This document shows positions 34,230-46,059 of a stretch of DNA of 64,000 bases, piece by piece. Each line of letters opens with the position of its first letter. The stretch's first letter is position 1. Location: positions 50,032 to 114,031 of the forward strand of contig JBMOMC010000045.1 in the NCBI GenBank assembly GCA_049325335.1. Reading direction: 5' to 3'. Below the pieces are notes generated by a model. The model did not search any database, was not told the DNA's origin, and saw only the letters and a list, made by a program, of their open reading frames with translations. The translations under genes were made by a program, and so were the position numbers. Source of the stretch: Nitrospirota bacterium (GTDB lineage: Bacteria; Nitrospirota; Nitrospiria; 2-01-FULL-66-17).

Positions 34230-35182
34230 CGTCTGCTCGGCTTTCGACGAGTCGATTGCCCCGCCACAGTTCCTTTGTTCGGGTACGCCTCTCGAATCGT
34301 CCCGGCAATTTCCTTGAGCGCCCTCCCGAGCGGAGAGGTCTTGCGCCACGCGAGCGCGATGGTTCGACACGGCGCGGGCTGCGCGAATGGACGGACGGCG
34401 AGGCCCGCGCGCCCAGCTTCCGTCGGGACGGCCAGCTCGGGCAGTAACGTGACTCCCCCACCGCCCGCCACCATCTGAGCCAATGTCGAGAGACTGGTGG
34501 CGCGGAACTCCAGTTCGCGGGCTTTGGCACTCGAACAGACCGCGAGCGCCTGGTCGCGGAAACAATGTCCGTCGTCCAAGAGCAACACGCTGGCCCCGCG
34601 GAGTTCCGACGGCGCGGCCGGCGATCGTTTGGCCCCAAGCGGGTGCCCGGGAGGCGTGGCCAGCACGAACGGATCGCGGGCCACCACTTCGCGTTCCATG
34701 TCCCCGATATCGGCCTCCAGCGCGAGGAGCGCCGCGTCCACCTTCCCGGCATCGAGCTGGCGCAGCAGCGTCTCGGTCTTGTCTTCCACCCAATGCACGG
34801 TCAATTTCGGATAACGCGATCGCAGCGCGGGAGTGATCCTCGGCAGGAGGTACGGCGAAATGGTCGGGATGACGCCCATCCGCAGCGTACCGGTCAAAGG
34901 GTCGCCCAGTTGTTTGGCGGCTGCCATTAGGTCGTCCGCTTCAATTAGGATCTGCCGAGCGCGCCTGACCAGTTCGTTCCCCGCTTCAGTGGGAAACACT
35001 CGTTTGCAATTGCGCTCGAACAGACGCACACCCAACGCGGATTCGAGCTGGGCGAGCTGCGCGCTCAGGGAGGGCTGGGAGACGTGGCACTGCTCCGCAG
35101 CTTGGCGGAAACTTAGCGTCTCCGCCACCGCCACCGCGTATTGGAGTTGCCGCAGGGTATAGGGATGGGACCCTAGCTTCAT
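34226..35182 (-). CDS. oxyR: Peroxide-sensing LysR regulator
   Basis: LysR HTH; LLLDDGHCFRDQALAVC carries both redox Cys; ATSL.TL.QMV; divergent from katG. Confidence 0.9.
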   Translation of the reverse strand: MKLGSHPYTLRQLQYAVAVAETLSFRQAAEQCHVSQPSLSAQLAQLESALGVRLFERNCKRVFPTEAGNELVRRARQILIEADDLMAAAKQLGDPLTGTLRMGVIPTISPYLLPRITPALRSRYPKLTVHWVEDKTETLLRQLDAGKVDAALLALEADIGDMEREVVARDPFVLATPPGHPLGAKRSPAAPSELRGASVLLLDDGHCFRDQALAVCSSAKARELEFRATSLSTLAQMVAGGGGVTLLPELAVPTEAGRAGLAVRPFAQPAPCRTIALAWRKTSPLGRALKEIAGTIREAYPNKGTVAGQSTRRKPSRR

Positions 35183-35217
35183 AGCTACAGACTATCACAT
35201 CTATCGAAACGATGTCT
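35181..35217. promoter_or_regulatory. OxyR binding site
   Basis: ATAG-N7-CTAT-N7-ATCG-N7-GTCT versus consensus ATAG-N7-CTAT-N7-ATAG-N7-CTAT; overlaps the oxyR start. Confidence 0.75.
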
Positions 35218-35259
35218 TAGACCTTTCATGAGGTTTCCCGCATAGTGGGCACAACATGA

Positions 35260-37479
<2,220 letters not shown>

Positions 37480-37564
37480 TCGGAACCCCTGCCGGGGCCG
37501 CTCGGGTACCGGGCGGCCCCGACGGGAATGGAGAGATCCCGTCATGCACTATTGGGGATTCGAC

Positions 37565-37833
37565 CTCCTCCGGCTCTCTTCGTATCCCGACACCCAGCGG
37601 AACCGGCTCGGCCCCAATTACGCGCAGATCCCGGGCAACTGCCCGTTCTCGACAAAAGCCATTAACGATCAGCGCGACGGGTTGATGCGCGTAGACGGCA
37701 ACGGCATGAACGCACCCAATTACTCGCCCAACAGCCGTGGCAGGCCGGTCGCGACATCCAGCGGCGGCAACTGCACCACGTCCTCAACGCCGACATCGAA
37801 TACGGCACGCGGATCGCGAACGCCCTCGACCTG
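37565..37833 (+). pseudogene. Remnant of a monofunctional heme catalase (two C-terminal fragments)
   Basis: [23 protein letters not shown]...QRDG.MR.DGN...PNY.PNS, then DIQRRQLHH...AD.EYG.RIA.AL in another frame. Confidence 0.85.
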
Positions 37834-37871
37834 CGCCCCTCCGACCCGCCATCTCCGCCGCCAACCGGCCG

Positions 37872-38687
37872 TCAGCCCGATCGCCTTCCGTGTTTCCATC
37901 CCGACAGTACACACCGCTGAGCTGTCAGGGGTGTGAAACTCGCAATGTCGTGGGACACCTGTTTCATAACGTCTTCCGCGACGCGCGGATCGTCGAAACA
38001 GTCATACACGTCGTCGAGAAAACCTCCCCGAAGGATCGGATGACGAAGAAACGCCTGGCCGGGGCCGGTGGGAATTTCCAAGGGCCACTCGGTCACGTCA
38101 ATCCGTTCGAGCCCCAGCATGTCGAGCCACGCCCGGCCTTCGTCCGCGGACGGCCGTTCCGCCACATACGCATCAAGGGATTGTCGCTCCGCGCTGAGAC
38201 CGCGCGCGGCCAGTTCCCGGTCGATTCTCCGCCAGAGTAGATCAAACGTGCCGCGGGACGGGAAGGTCAGGACCAGTTGACCGCCGGGATTGAGATGGTT
38301 GACCAGTCCTCGGATCGTGTTGAACCGGTTCGGACGAAAAAACAACACCGAGAGATTGCCGGTGATGCGATCAACGTTCGGGACGCGCGAGGGCAGAAAC
38401 CGCATGTCCAGGCACTCGAAACGCAGCCACGGAAGATGTTGGCGTTGCACCTCCCGAGCGCAAGCGACCTTGTGCTCGCTCACGTCGATCCCCAGCACCT
38501 CCCCGGCCGGCCCCACCTGCTCCGCCAGATAGAACGCGGGGATACCCCGGCCGCACGCCACATCCAGGACCGTCGCTCCCGGATAGAGATCCAGATGGTG
38601 GAGCAATACCTCGGCAAACGGCCTGGACCAATGGTCCTGCTCGGGAAGCGGCCAGCGTAACACCCTGTCACGTTCCGAGGCGATCAT
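37872..38687 (-). CDS. Class I SAM-dependent methyltransferase
   Basis: [25 protein letters not shown]. Confidence 0.85.
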   Translation of the reverse strand: MIASERDRVLRWPLPEQDHWSRPFAEVLLHHLDLYPGATVLDVACGRGIPAFYLAEQVGPAGEVLGIDVSEHKVACAREVQRQHLPWLRFECLDMRFLPSRVPNVDRITGNLSVLFFRPNRFNTIRGLVNHLNPGGQLVLTFPSRGTFDLLWRRIDRELAARGLSAERQSLDAYVAERPSADEGRAWLDMLGLERIDVTEWPLEIPTGPGQAFLRHPILRGGFLDDVYDCFDDPRVAEDVMKQVSHDIASFTPLTAQRCVLSGWKHGRRSG

Positions 38688-38775
38688 GCCGCCGACGCGC
38701 GGGGCGTCTTCGGCGACCCCTCATGCCCCTGCTCCGCGAGCGCGGGGCAGGGGCGTGTCCCGGCCGGATGATGCA

Positions 38776-38919
38776 TCAGGCCGACGCGTGTAAGGAGGCC
38801 TTCAAATCCTGTACGGCCTTCGCCACGTCTCCCTCCGTGGACCCGAACCGGTCGCTCATCACCTTGATGGCCTGATTGATGGCCTTTGTCATTTTCGCGA
38901 TGTGTTCTTCCGGTGTCAC
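38776..38919 (-). CDS. 47-aa helical small protein (not in ORF track)
   Basis: AGGAGG RBS then GTG; MTPEEHIAKMTKAINQAIKVMSDRFGSTEGDVAKAVQDLKASLHASA. Confidence 0.65.
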   Translation of the reverse strand: MTPEEHIAKMTKAINQAIKVMSDRFGSTEGDVAKAVQDLKASLHASA

Positions 38920-39012
38920 GATATTCCTCCTGAACGCGCCGCCTCCCGCTCGTTGCCAATAACAACAGACGACCGCGGACCACTACTGATGAACGATGCT
39001 CGACGAGGACGC

Positions 39013-39111
39013 TTAGCCCCGCTTCTTACTCACGGATCCCCACATGGCCAAACCCAACGTCAGACACAACACCCCGACCAACCCCACGATACCGCTCCAC
39101 GCAAGATACAT
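39013..39111 (-). CDS. 32-aa single-TM small protein (not in ORF track)
   Basis: Purine-rich RBS; MYLAWSGIVGLVGVLCLTLGLAMWGSVSKKRG. Confidence 0.55.
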   Translation of the reverse strand: MYLAWSGIVGLVGVLCLTLGLAMWGSVSKKRG

Positions 39112-39185
39112 TCCGCCTCTCTCTCCCTCGTCACGAGGATCAATCCTTCCTGAGCCCGATACAAGACAACCGGGCCCTCACCTGA

Positions 39186-39347
39186 TCAGGAGACGACCCG
39201 CACTCCAGCGAGAAACAGTTGCCCGCAGACCGTACATACGGTCTTTCCCGTGTCTTTCCCCATAAAAAACTCAGACTCCTTAGTGGGATGCTTACACGGC
39301 TTGGTTCCCCATGCCTCTCGCGTCACTACGGCTTTGTTAAAGTCCAT
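39186..39347 (-). CDS. 53-aa CxH...CxxC zinc-finger microprotein (not in ORF track)
   Basis: [63 protein letters not shown]. Confidence 0.7.
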   Translation of the reverse strand: MDFNKAVVTREAWGTKPCKHPTKESEFFMGKDTGKTVCTVCGQLFLAGVRVVS

Positions 39348-39660
39348 ACCGCCTCCTTGATAAAGTGTAGGTGCTCATGTCCTTCACACGGCCATCACCC
39401 CCAACATGCGCGACTCCTTCCAACATGTCGGGCTCGAAAGGGAAAATCCCCTCGTTCACTGCGCTCTCCCCGGCAGACCGCTGACGGGTCTCCCCTGGGC
39501 GGATCAGTGCAATGGTCACACGACGGTTGCCGTTCGTGTGCAGGAAACAACTACAGGGACTTCGGCGTAGAAGCGGCGGAGACTGGGGAATCGGTCGCGC
39601 GAAGGAGAACTGCCAGCGCGAAGGATAGGACAGCCAGCGAGGCTAGAACGTCATGGGCCG

Positions 39661-39689
39661 ATAGTACGCTGATTGGGAGACGCGGTCAA
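39661..39689 (-). promoter_or_regulatory. Sigma70-like promoter upstream of the small-ORF cluster
   Basis: TTGACC-N17-TACTAT on the minus strand. Confidence 0.55.
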
Positions 39690-39886
39690 GCGCGATGGCT
39701 GAAGCTGGGAAGTGGGACTGAAATTGCTCACCAATTTAGCGCCTCTGAAGCCCCTGCGTCAAGGCATGGGGACGGCCCAAGCATGTAGATGGTCCATAAC
39801 TTGCGGCCGATACAACCCAGAACGTGTGGAATGCGGCGTTGTCGATTGTACAGTTTTTTGTTTACTTGGGACCGTCCCCAACCTTT

Positions 39887-39953
39887 CCTGAACGGCAGGC
39901 ATCAGCCGCGCGAGCCGCCTGCGGCGAAGCGTCGGCTGCATGCGGTGCTGGGC
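39887..39953 (-). mobile_element. attC-like integron recombination site (degenerate)
   Basis: Minus strand GCCCAGC-ACCGCATGCAGCCG...CGGCTGATGC-CTGCC-GTTCAGG: imperfect palindrome with an extrahelical base and R boxes. Confidence 0.65.
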
Positions 39954-39973
39954 CGCCCCACACCACGTGGATT

Positions 39974-40092
39974 GAAGATTCCCTGCAGCAAGCTGCAGGG
40001 AATCTTCGAAGTGCAAGCAGGTAAAAGAGCACGGCTTCCATGTTGCTCGCTTACCCGTAGCAAGCTGCGGGGAATGCGCTCGCAATGCACTT
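39974..40092. mobile_element. Small two-hairpin non-autonomous element (IS200/IS605-end-like or REP doublet)
   Basis: GAAGATTCCCTGCAGC-AA-GCTGCAGGGAATCTTC (39974-40007) and the related TTACCCGTAGC-AA-GCTGCGGGGAA (40051-40074); no transposase. Right end approximate. Confidence 0.55.
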
Positions 40093-40566
40093 TCAGGCTC
40101 CAGGCTTCGGGTGGGCTGGATCAATCCAGTTCACCTGTTCAGGGCGCTCCACGACCCGAATATCCAGATTGACCACAATCGGCTCCTGATCGCTGCGCAC
40201 CACCACACATTCCAAGGGCTGATCCGCTTGGGCGTTCATTTCTTGATGCGGCACAAACGGCGGCACGAAGATGAAATCCCCTGGCCCCGCCTCGGCCCAA
40301 TACTCCAACTGCTCCCCCCAACGCATGCGGGCACGACCGCGCACGACATAAATAATGCTTTCTAATGCCCCGTGGTGATGCGGTCCGGTTTTCGCATTCG
40401 GCTGGATAGTCACCGTGCCGGCCCAGAGCTTGTGGGCCCCCGCGCGGGCCGAGTTGATCGCTGCGGCACGGTTCATGCCCGGCGTTTGGGGCGTGTGGAA
40501 GTTGAGTTGGTCGCTGCGAATAATGCGGACGCCATTCTCACGCCAGGGTGGTTTCGAGTCTGACAT
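40093..40566 (-). CDS. Cupin-domain protein
   Basis: TGPHHHG.LESIIYV..G, GDFIFVPPFVPHQE. Confidence 0.92.
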   Translation of the reverse strand: MSDSKPPWRENGVRIIRSDQLNFHTPQTPGMNRAAAINSARAGAHKLWAGTVTIQPNAKTGPHHHGALESIIYVVRGRARMRWGEQLEYWAEAGPGDFIFVPPFVPHQEMNAQADQPLECVVVRSDQEPIVVNLDIRVVERPEQVNWIDPAHPKPGA

Positions 40567-40634
40567 ACATCTGCTCCTTACCTAGATAGTCCGCCGACTC
40601 CCTTGAGCCAGTCGCACTCGATATGGTCTGTGCC

Positions 40635-40700
40635 GCCCAACGCCCAGCGCTGAGCGGCGCGCCTGCTCCTAGCGCATCCGCCTCCGGCGCCGTAGTAGGC
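40635..40700 (-). mobile_element. attC-like site
   Basis: Minus strand GCCTACT...GCGGATGCGC...GCGCGCCGCTCAGCGCTGGGC-GTTGGGC, 5 bp after an ORF stop. Confidence 0.65.
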
Positions 40701-40705
40701 GAAGG

Positions 40706-41218
40706 TCAATTCATCCGGATAACCACCTTTTCCACGAGCTTGCCATCTCGAAAAACAGCATATCCCTCCCTCCCGAACATGGCGGTCCAAGAAACCGGCG
40801 AAGATTCATAGAAATAGATCTTGTCATTCAGTTTTATTGGGAACCGGCTTCCAGAGCGTTCACGGAATTCCATCTCGCCGACGCTGTGTTTGATCCAACT
40901 GATAATCAGGTCTGTTTCGGAGTCGGCAGAAAGCGTAAAGAGGGGTGCCGTCACGTCATCCGGTTTGAAGAACTTTCTGATATAGACATCATGAGCGTGA
41001 GACACCGCCATCATTGCCATATTTCGTGTAACGTACTCGCACCGCGCGCGTTCCTGTTCGTATGTAGGAGTCGAACGTAGCGAATGATCTGTATGACCTT
41101 GCTTGAGCATGTCGTAGTCAGTAAGCATTTCTTTTCGAAACTATTTGCTGACATCCGCGAGAAGAGGTAGCCCCGATTTCCTGGACAGGTGGTTAAGCAC
41201 ACGCGCCTCGGCGTTCAT
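40706..41218 (-). pseudogene. Hypothetical cassette-like gene with in-frame TAG at 41141-41143
   Basis: GGAG RBS and ATG 41218 are in frame with the 140-aa ORF (MNAEARVLNHLSRKSGLPLLADVSK*FRKEMLTDY...); AT-richer than the core genes. Confidence 0.55.
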
Positions 41219-41276
41219 ACTGCTCCGGAGTCTGATAGTCGAGAGTGGCGTGCACGCGACGGAGCGCGCCGCTTGC

Positions 41277-41765
41277 TTACGGTTGCTGACGGTCGCGCTC
41301 TTCGCGCAACGCTTCGAGTTCCGCGATGGCCTCCAGATCTTTGGGCCGACCGGCCGCCCGCTTCACCCGGATCAGCGGATCGAGATCGAGACACCGACAC
41401 GACACACCGAATACTTCGACTTCGATCGAGTCTGGGAGCACGTCAGCGTACATCCCCCCACCGGCGATTTCACCCAAGAGGTCCAAGCTACCCAGCGTGG
41501 TCGTCAGCGTGAAGTTCAGTCCGCGGCGGAGCGTCTCGACATCCCAACGAAACGGCAAGCCGGGAGGAGCTCCACGGAGATAGGGGGCGAACGGCGTCAG
41601 CGCCGCGACAAGCCGCGTCATGTTCTGCGGCGTGCGGGCGTAAACAATGTCCACGTCTCTGGTGAGCCGGGCCGACCCGTGGGCCGTGGCGGCCAGCCCT
41701 CCCACCAATACGAACTCGACGCCGGCATCGCGTAACAGGGTGAGGATGGCCTTAAGATCGGTCAT
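41277..41765 (-). CDS. Nucleotidyltransferase-fold protein
   Basis: VEFVLVGGLAA..HGS.R.T.DVD, L...KRAAGRPKD. Confidence 0.85.
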   Translation of the reverse strand: MTDLKAILTLLRDAGVEFVLVGGLAATAHGSARLTRDVDIVYARTPQNMTRLVAALTPFAPYLRGAPPGLPFRWDVETLRRGLNFTLTTTLGSLDLLGEIAGGGMYADVLPDSIEVEVFGVSCRCLDLDPLIRVKRAAGRPKDLEAIAELEALREERDRQQP

Positions 41766-41946
41766 GCCGCGCGACGGCTCCGGCGCGTTGTAGTTCCTCC
41801 GCCGCGTGTTGAAGGGCCATCAATTCCAGGAACCGCTCTTCAACCGTCAGCTTGAGGTTTTCGCGCAGCAGGGTCCGATCTACGTCCTTCTTGTACGCCT
41901 CGATCACCGGGTCGGGATCAAGGGAAATGTCGTATCGTGGATTCAT
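41752..41946 (-). CDS. Small partner protein of the nucleotidyltransferase
   Basis: YKKDVDRTLLRENLKLTVEER; overlaps the downstream gene. Confidence 0.7.
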   Translation of the reverse strand: MNPRYDISLDPDPVIEAYKKDVDRTLLRENLKLTVEERFLELMALQHAAEELQRAGAVARHDRS

Positions 41947-42044
41947 CGTCGTGTCAGGGTCGGCAAGGCATCATACCGCAGACCCAAGGACGCGGACAAG
42001 CCAACGGAGTGTTCCCTCCGCAGCATGCGCCCGTTTCTGACGAA

Positions 42045-43160
42045 TCAGACGTTGAAGCGGAAGTAGATCACGTCGCCGTCTTTTACAATGTACTCCTTGC
42101 CTTCCAGGCGCAGAAGGCCTTTCTCTTTGACGGCGGCGGTGGATTTGAGGGCGAGGAGGTCGGGGCAAGACATGACCTCGGCGCGGATGAAACCTTTTTC
42201 AATGTCGGAGTGAATCTTACCCGCGGCGGCAGGAGCCTTGGTGCCGGCGGTGACGGTCCAGGCGCGACACTCATCTTCGCCCGAGGTGAAAAAGGTGATT
42301 AGACCAAGCAGGCCGTAGGCGGCATGGGCCAAGCGGTCCAGGCCGGATTCTTTGAGGCCAAGACCCGCGAGAAAGTCGGGACGATCCGCTTCGGGCAGTG
42401 CGGCGATTTCTTCTTCCACCTTGCCGCTAATCACCACCAACGGCGCGCCTTCGCGCGCGGCCAAGCGGCGCAAGGGCGCGACCAGCGAGTTGGGTGGTTC
42501 ACCAGAGGTTTCCGCGGCCACGTCGGCCTCGGCCACGTTCGCCACGTAGAGCAAGGGTTTGCCGGTTAACAAGCGCAGGTCTTTGAGGATCGGCTCATCT
42601 TCGTCCGTGGCCGGGAAGCTGCGCGCGGGTTTGCCTTCGCCCAGGTGTTTGACCACGCGCGCCATGAGTTCGGCTTCGTGGCGTGCGGTCTTGTCCGCGG
42701 TCTTGGTCTTTTTCTCCGCGGTTTGTTTACGCCGCTCGGCCGTGTCCAGGTCAGCCAGGATTAGTTCGGTGGTAATGATCTCCACGTCGCGGTCCGGGTC
42801 CACTTTGCCGGCCACGTGGACCACGTCGGGATCTTCGAAACCGCGGACCACGTGGACGATGGCATCCACTTCGCGGATATGGCTCAGAAACTTATTGCCC
42901 AACCCTTCGCCCTGGCTTGCGCCTTTGACCAGGCCCGCAATGTCCACGAACTCCACGGTGGCGGGCGTCGTCTTTTTGGGCTTATAGAGCGCGGAGAGTG
43001 CGGTCAGCCTCGCATCCGGCACCTGCACAATGCCCACGTTGGGATCGATGGTGCAGAACGGATAGTTGGCCACGGCCGCGGCCTTCGCCGCGGTCAGCGC
43101 GTTGAACAAGGTGGACTTGCCGACGTTCGGCAGCCCCACGATTCCACAATTCAATGACAT
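42045..43160 (-). CDS. ychF: Redox-regulated ATPase YchF
   Basis: GIVGLPNVGKSTLFNALT, NYPFCTIDPN, DIAGLVKGAS.GEGLGN. Confidence 0.97.
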   Translation of the reverse strand: MSLNCGIVGLPNVGKSTLFNALTAAKAAAVANYPFCTIDPNVGIVQVPDARLTALSALYKPKKTTPATVEFVDIAGLVKGASQGEGLGNKFLSHIREVDAIVHVVRGFEDPDVVHVAGKVDPDRDVEIITTELILADLDTAERRKQTAEKKTKTADKTARHEAELMARVVKHLGEGKPARSFPATDEDEPILKDLRLLTGKPLLYVANVAEADVAAETSGEPPNSLVAPLRRLAAREGAPLVVISGKVEEEIAALPEADRPDFLAGLGLKESGLDRLAHAAYGLLGLITFFTSGEDECRAWTVTAGTKAPAAAGKIHSDIEKGFIRAEVMSCPDLLALKSTAAVKEKGLLRLEGKEYIVKDGDVIYFRFNV

Positions 43161-43194
43161 GCTGTTCTTTTCTTTTTAGGAGGACGCGCCTCAC

Positions 43195-43317
43195 CTGGCC
43201 GCGGAGAAGGTGGCAGTGCAAGGCGGAGGGGAGGCCTCGCGCCGCAGCGTACTGTACGTACGTGAGGACGCGAGGCCTCCCCGACAACGCCGCAGATGCC
43301 GCCTTCTCGGCGGCCAG
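43195..43317. repeat. ~120-bp palindromic MITE-like intergenic element
   Basis: Terminal inverted repeats CTGGCCGCGGAGAAGG / CCTTCTCGGCGGCCAG; inner GAGGCCTCGCG / CGCGAGGCCTC around a CGTAC..GTACG core. Confidence 0.7.
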
Positions 43318-43319
43318 AC

Positions 43320-45365
43320 TCACACGATCAGCGGTACAACCAACAGAGCGACGATGTTAATGATCTTGATCATCGGATTTACCGCCGGCCCCGCCGTATC
43401 CTTATACGGATCGCCGATGGTATCCCCGGTGACCGCGGCCTTGTGCGCGTCGCTGCCCTTACCGCCGTGATGACCTTCTTCGATGTACTTCTTCGCGTTG
43501 TCCCACGCCCCGCCGCCGCTGGTCATGGAGATGGCCACGAACAGGCCGGTCACGATACACCCCACCACCACGCCGCCCAGGGCCTTCGGGCCCAGAACCA
43601 CACCCACCACGATCGGCGTGAGCACGGGGATCAACCCCGGGATCATCATCTCTTTGATCGCGCGACGGGTCACGATATCCACGGCGTTACCGTAGTGCGG
43701 CTTGGCCGTGCCTTCCATGATGCCCTTGATCTCGCGGAACTGCCGCCGGACTTCCTCGACCACCATGCTGGCGGCCTTGCCCACGGCTTCCATCGACATG
43801 GCCGAAAACAGGTACGGCAGGAGGCCGCCGATGAAGAGCCCCACCAGGACATACGGATCGCTGAGCGTAAATTCCATGACCTGGCCGCCCGTGCGGATCG
43901 AAATTTCTTCGGTATACGCAGCGAACAGCACCACCGCCGCAAGCCCCGCGGACCCGATGGCATACCCCTTGGTCACGGCCTTGGTGGTGTTCCCCACCGC
44001 GTCCAACGGATCGGTCACGTTGCGCACCGACTTGTCCAGGCCCGCCATTTCCGCGATGCCGCCGCCGTTGTCCGTGATCGGGCCGTACGCGTCCAGGGCC
44101 ACGACGATGCCGGCCATGGAGAGCATGGACACCGCGGCGATGGCCACGCCGTAGATGCCCGCCAGCTCGTATGAGGCCAACACGCCCGCGCCGATTACCA
44201 GCACCGGCAGCGCGGTGGACTTCATGCCAACCGCCAACCCCGCGATCACGTTGGTGGCGTGTCCGGTGGTGGACGCCTGCGCGATGTCCCGCACCGGCTT
44301 GTACTCGGTAGACGTGTAGTATTCGGTGATCATCACCAACAACGCGGTCACCGCCAAGCCGACCAACGAGGAGAGATAGATGTCCATCACGCTGGGTCCG
44401 CCGGTGCCGCTCATCATCCAGGAGGTCACCGGGTAAAACGCCGCCGCTGAGATCAGCGCGCTCCAGATCAGGCCCTTGTACAACGCGCCCATGATGTTGT
44501 TGTTCGAGCCCAGCCGAACGAAAAACGTCCCGATAATGGACGCGATGATCGAAATGCCGCCGAGCACCAACGGATACACCAGCGCCGTGTTCACCGCCGA
44601 ACCCGTGAACGCCAGCGCGCCCAGCAACATGGCGGAGATGATGGTCACCGCATAGGTCTCGAACAGATCAGCGGCCATGCCCGCGCAATCGCCCACGTTG
44701 TCGCCCACGTTGTCCGCGATCACGGCCGGGTTGCGCGGATCGTCTTCCGGGATCCCGGCTTCGACCTTGCCCACCAGATCCGCGCCCACGTCCGCGGCCT
44801 TGGTGAAGATCCCGCCGCCCAAGCGCGCAAAGATGCTGATCAGGCTCCCGCCGAATCCGAGGCCCACCAACGGGGTGATGTTCACGGCCTGGCCTTCGGG
44901 CGTGGTCGCCTGCAGGAACCAGTAGTAACCCGCCACTCCCAGGAGGCCGAGACCGACCACCAGCAGGCCGGTAACCGCGCCGCCGCGAAACGCCACGTTG
45001 AACGCCGCGGCCAGCCCGCCGCGCGCGGCTTCCGCGGTGCGCACGTTGGCGCGGACCGACACGTGCATGCCCACGTATCCGGCCAACCCCGAGAGCACCG
45101 CGCCGATCGCGAAGCCCACCGCAGTTTTCCAATCCAACGCGACCAGCAACGCCACGAACAACACCGCGCCGACCATGGCGATGGTGGTGTATTGCCGGTT
45201 CAGGTACGCCATCGCGCCCTCTTGGATCGCGCGCGCGATGTCCTGCATGCGCGTATTGCCCGCGGACAGCCCCACGACCCACTTCGCGCTCACCGCGCCG
45301 TAGACGATCGCCGCCGCGGCGCACGCCAGGGCGAACACCATCGCCAGTTGCTCCATTGCCATCAC
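43320..45365 (-). CDS. hppA: Membrane pyrophosphatase, probably a K+-independent H+ pump
   Basis: [26 protein letters not shown] (Lys determinant), GDPYKDT. Confidence 0.95.
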   Translation of the reverse strand: MMAMEQLAMVFALACAAAAIVYGAVSAKWVVGLSAGNTRMQDIARAIQEGAMAYLNRQYTTIAMVGAVLFVALLVALDWKTAVGFAIGAVLSGLAGYVGMHVSVRANVRTAEAARGGLAAAFNVAFRGGAVTGLLVVGLGLLGVAGYYWFLQATTPEGQAVNITPLVGLGFGGSLISIFARLGGGIFTKAADVGADLVGKVEAGIPEDDPRNPAVIADNVGDNVGDCAGMAADLFETYAVTIISAMLLGALAFTGSAVNTALVYPLVLGGISIIASIIGTFFVRLGSNNNIMGALYKGLIWSALISAAAFYPVTSWMMSGTGGPSVMDIYLSSLVGLAVTALLVMITEYYTSTEYKPVRDIAQASTTGHATNVIAGLAVGMKSTALPVLVIGAGVLASYELAGIYGVAIAAVSMLSMAGIVVALDAYGPITDNGGGIAEMAGLDKSVRNVTDPLDAVGNTTKAVTKGYAIGSAGLAAVVLFAAYTEEISIRTGGQVMEFTLSDPYVLVGLFIGGLLPYLFSAMSMEAVGKAASMVVEEVRRQFREIKGIMEGTAKPHYGNAVDIVTRRAIKEMMIPGLIPVLTPIVVGVVLGPKALGGVVVGCIVTGLFVAISMTSGGGAWDNAKKYIEEGHHGGKGSDAHKAAVTGDTIGDPYKDTAGPAVNPMIKIINIVALLVVPLIV

Positions 45366-45471
45366 TGCGCTCCTTCTCGGTATGGAATGCTCGTCGTGTC
45401 GAGCCGACGCGCGGTGCCCGCCGCGCGCTCGATCACGTCACAAAAAACGCGACCGTGGTCGCGTCCCCTCG

Positions 45472-46053
45472 TTACTCGCCCGTTCCGGAACCTTCGGCGT
45501 GAAAGCGATTCATCGCGACGCCCGCGCCGTCGGTCAACGCCACGGTCACGGCCTCGCGCGCCCGCTCGACCACCCCCGCAACCACCGGCTCCTCATCGCG
45601 GGAAAACCGCTCCAACACGTAGTCGGCGCTCTCTGAACCGGCCGACGGCCGGCCGATGCCCACCTTCAATCGCAAAAACTCGTTGGTGCCCAGCGCCTCG
45701 ATGATCGACCGGACCCCATTGTGTCCGCCGTGTCCGCCCCGACGCTTAAACCGCAACTGACCCAACGGCAGATCCAAATCATCGTGCACAACCAACAAGG
45801 CGTCCGGCCCCGCGCCGGTCTCGTTCAAGAGCCAGCGGACGGCCGCCCCGCTGCGATTCATATACCCCTGGGGCTCGGCGATCCAGACCTCCTCACCCGC
45901 CAACACTCCGCGTCCCGCGACCGCCGGTCCGCCCATCGAACGCAGCCGAATCGCGCAGGCGGCGGCCACCGCCTCGGCCACGAGAAACCCCACGTTGTGG
46001 CGGGTGGCGGCGTATTGCTCGCCGGGATTTCCCAACCCAACCACGCACTTCAC
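45472..46053 (-). CDS. pth: Peptidyl-tRNA hydrolase
   Basis: GLGNPG..Y..TRHNVGF, HDDLDL, GGHNG. Confidence 0.96.
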   Translation of the reverse strand: MKCVVGLGNPGEQYAATRHNVGFLVAEAVAAACAIRLRSMGGPAVAGRGVLAGEEVWIAEPQGYMNRSGAAVRWLLNETGAGPDALLVVHDDLDLPLGQLRFKRRGGHGGHNGVRSIIEALGTNEFLRLKVGIGRPSAGSESADYVLERFSRDEEPVVAGVVERAREAVTVALTDGAGVAMNRFHAEGSGTGE

Positions 46054-46059
46054 GGACCG

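Noticed and set aside
39400..39530. c-di-AMP or other known riboswitch
   Set aside because: Only a CCCGTCAGC word matches; the remaining conserved elements were not found.
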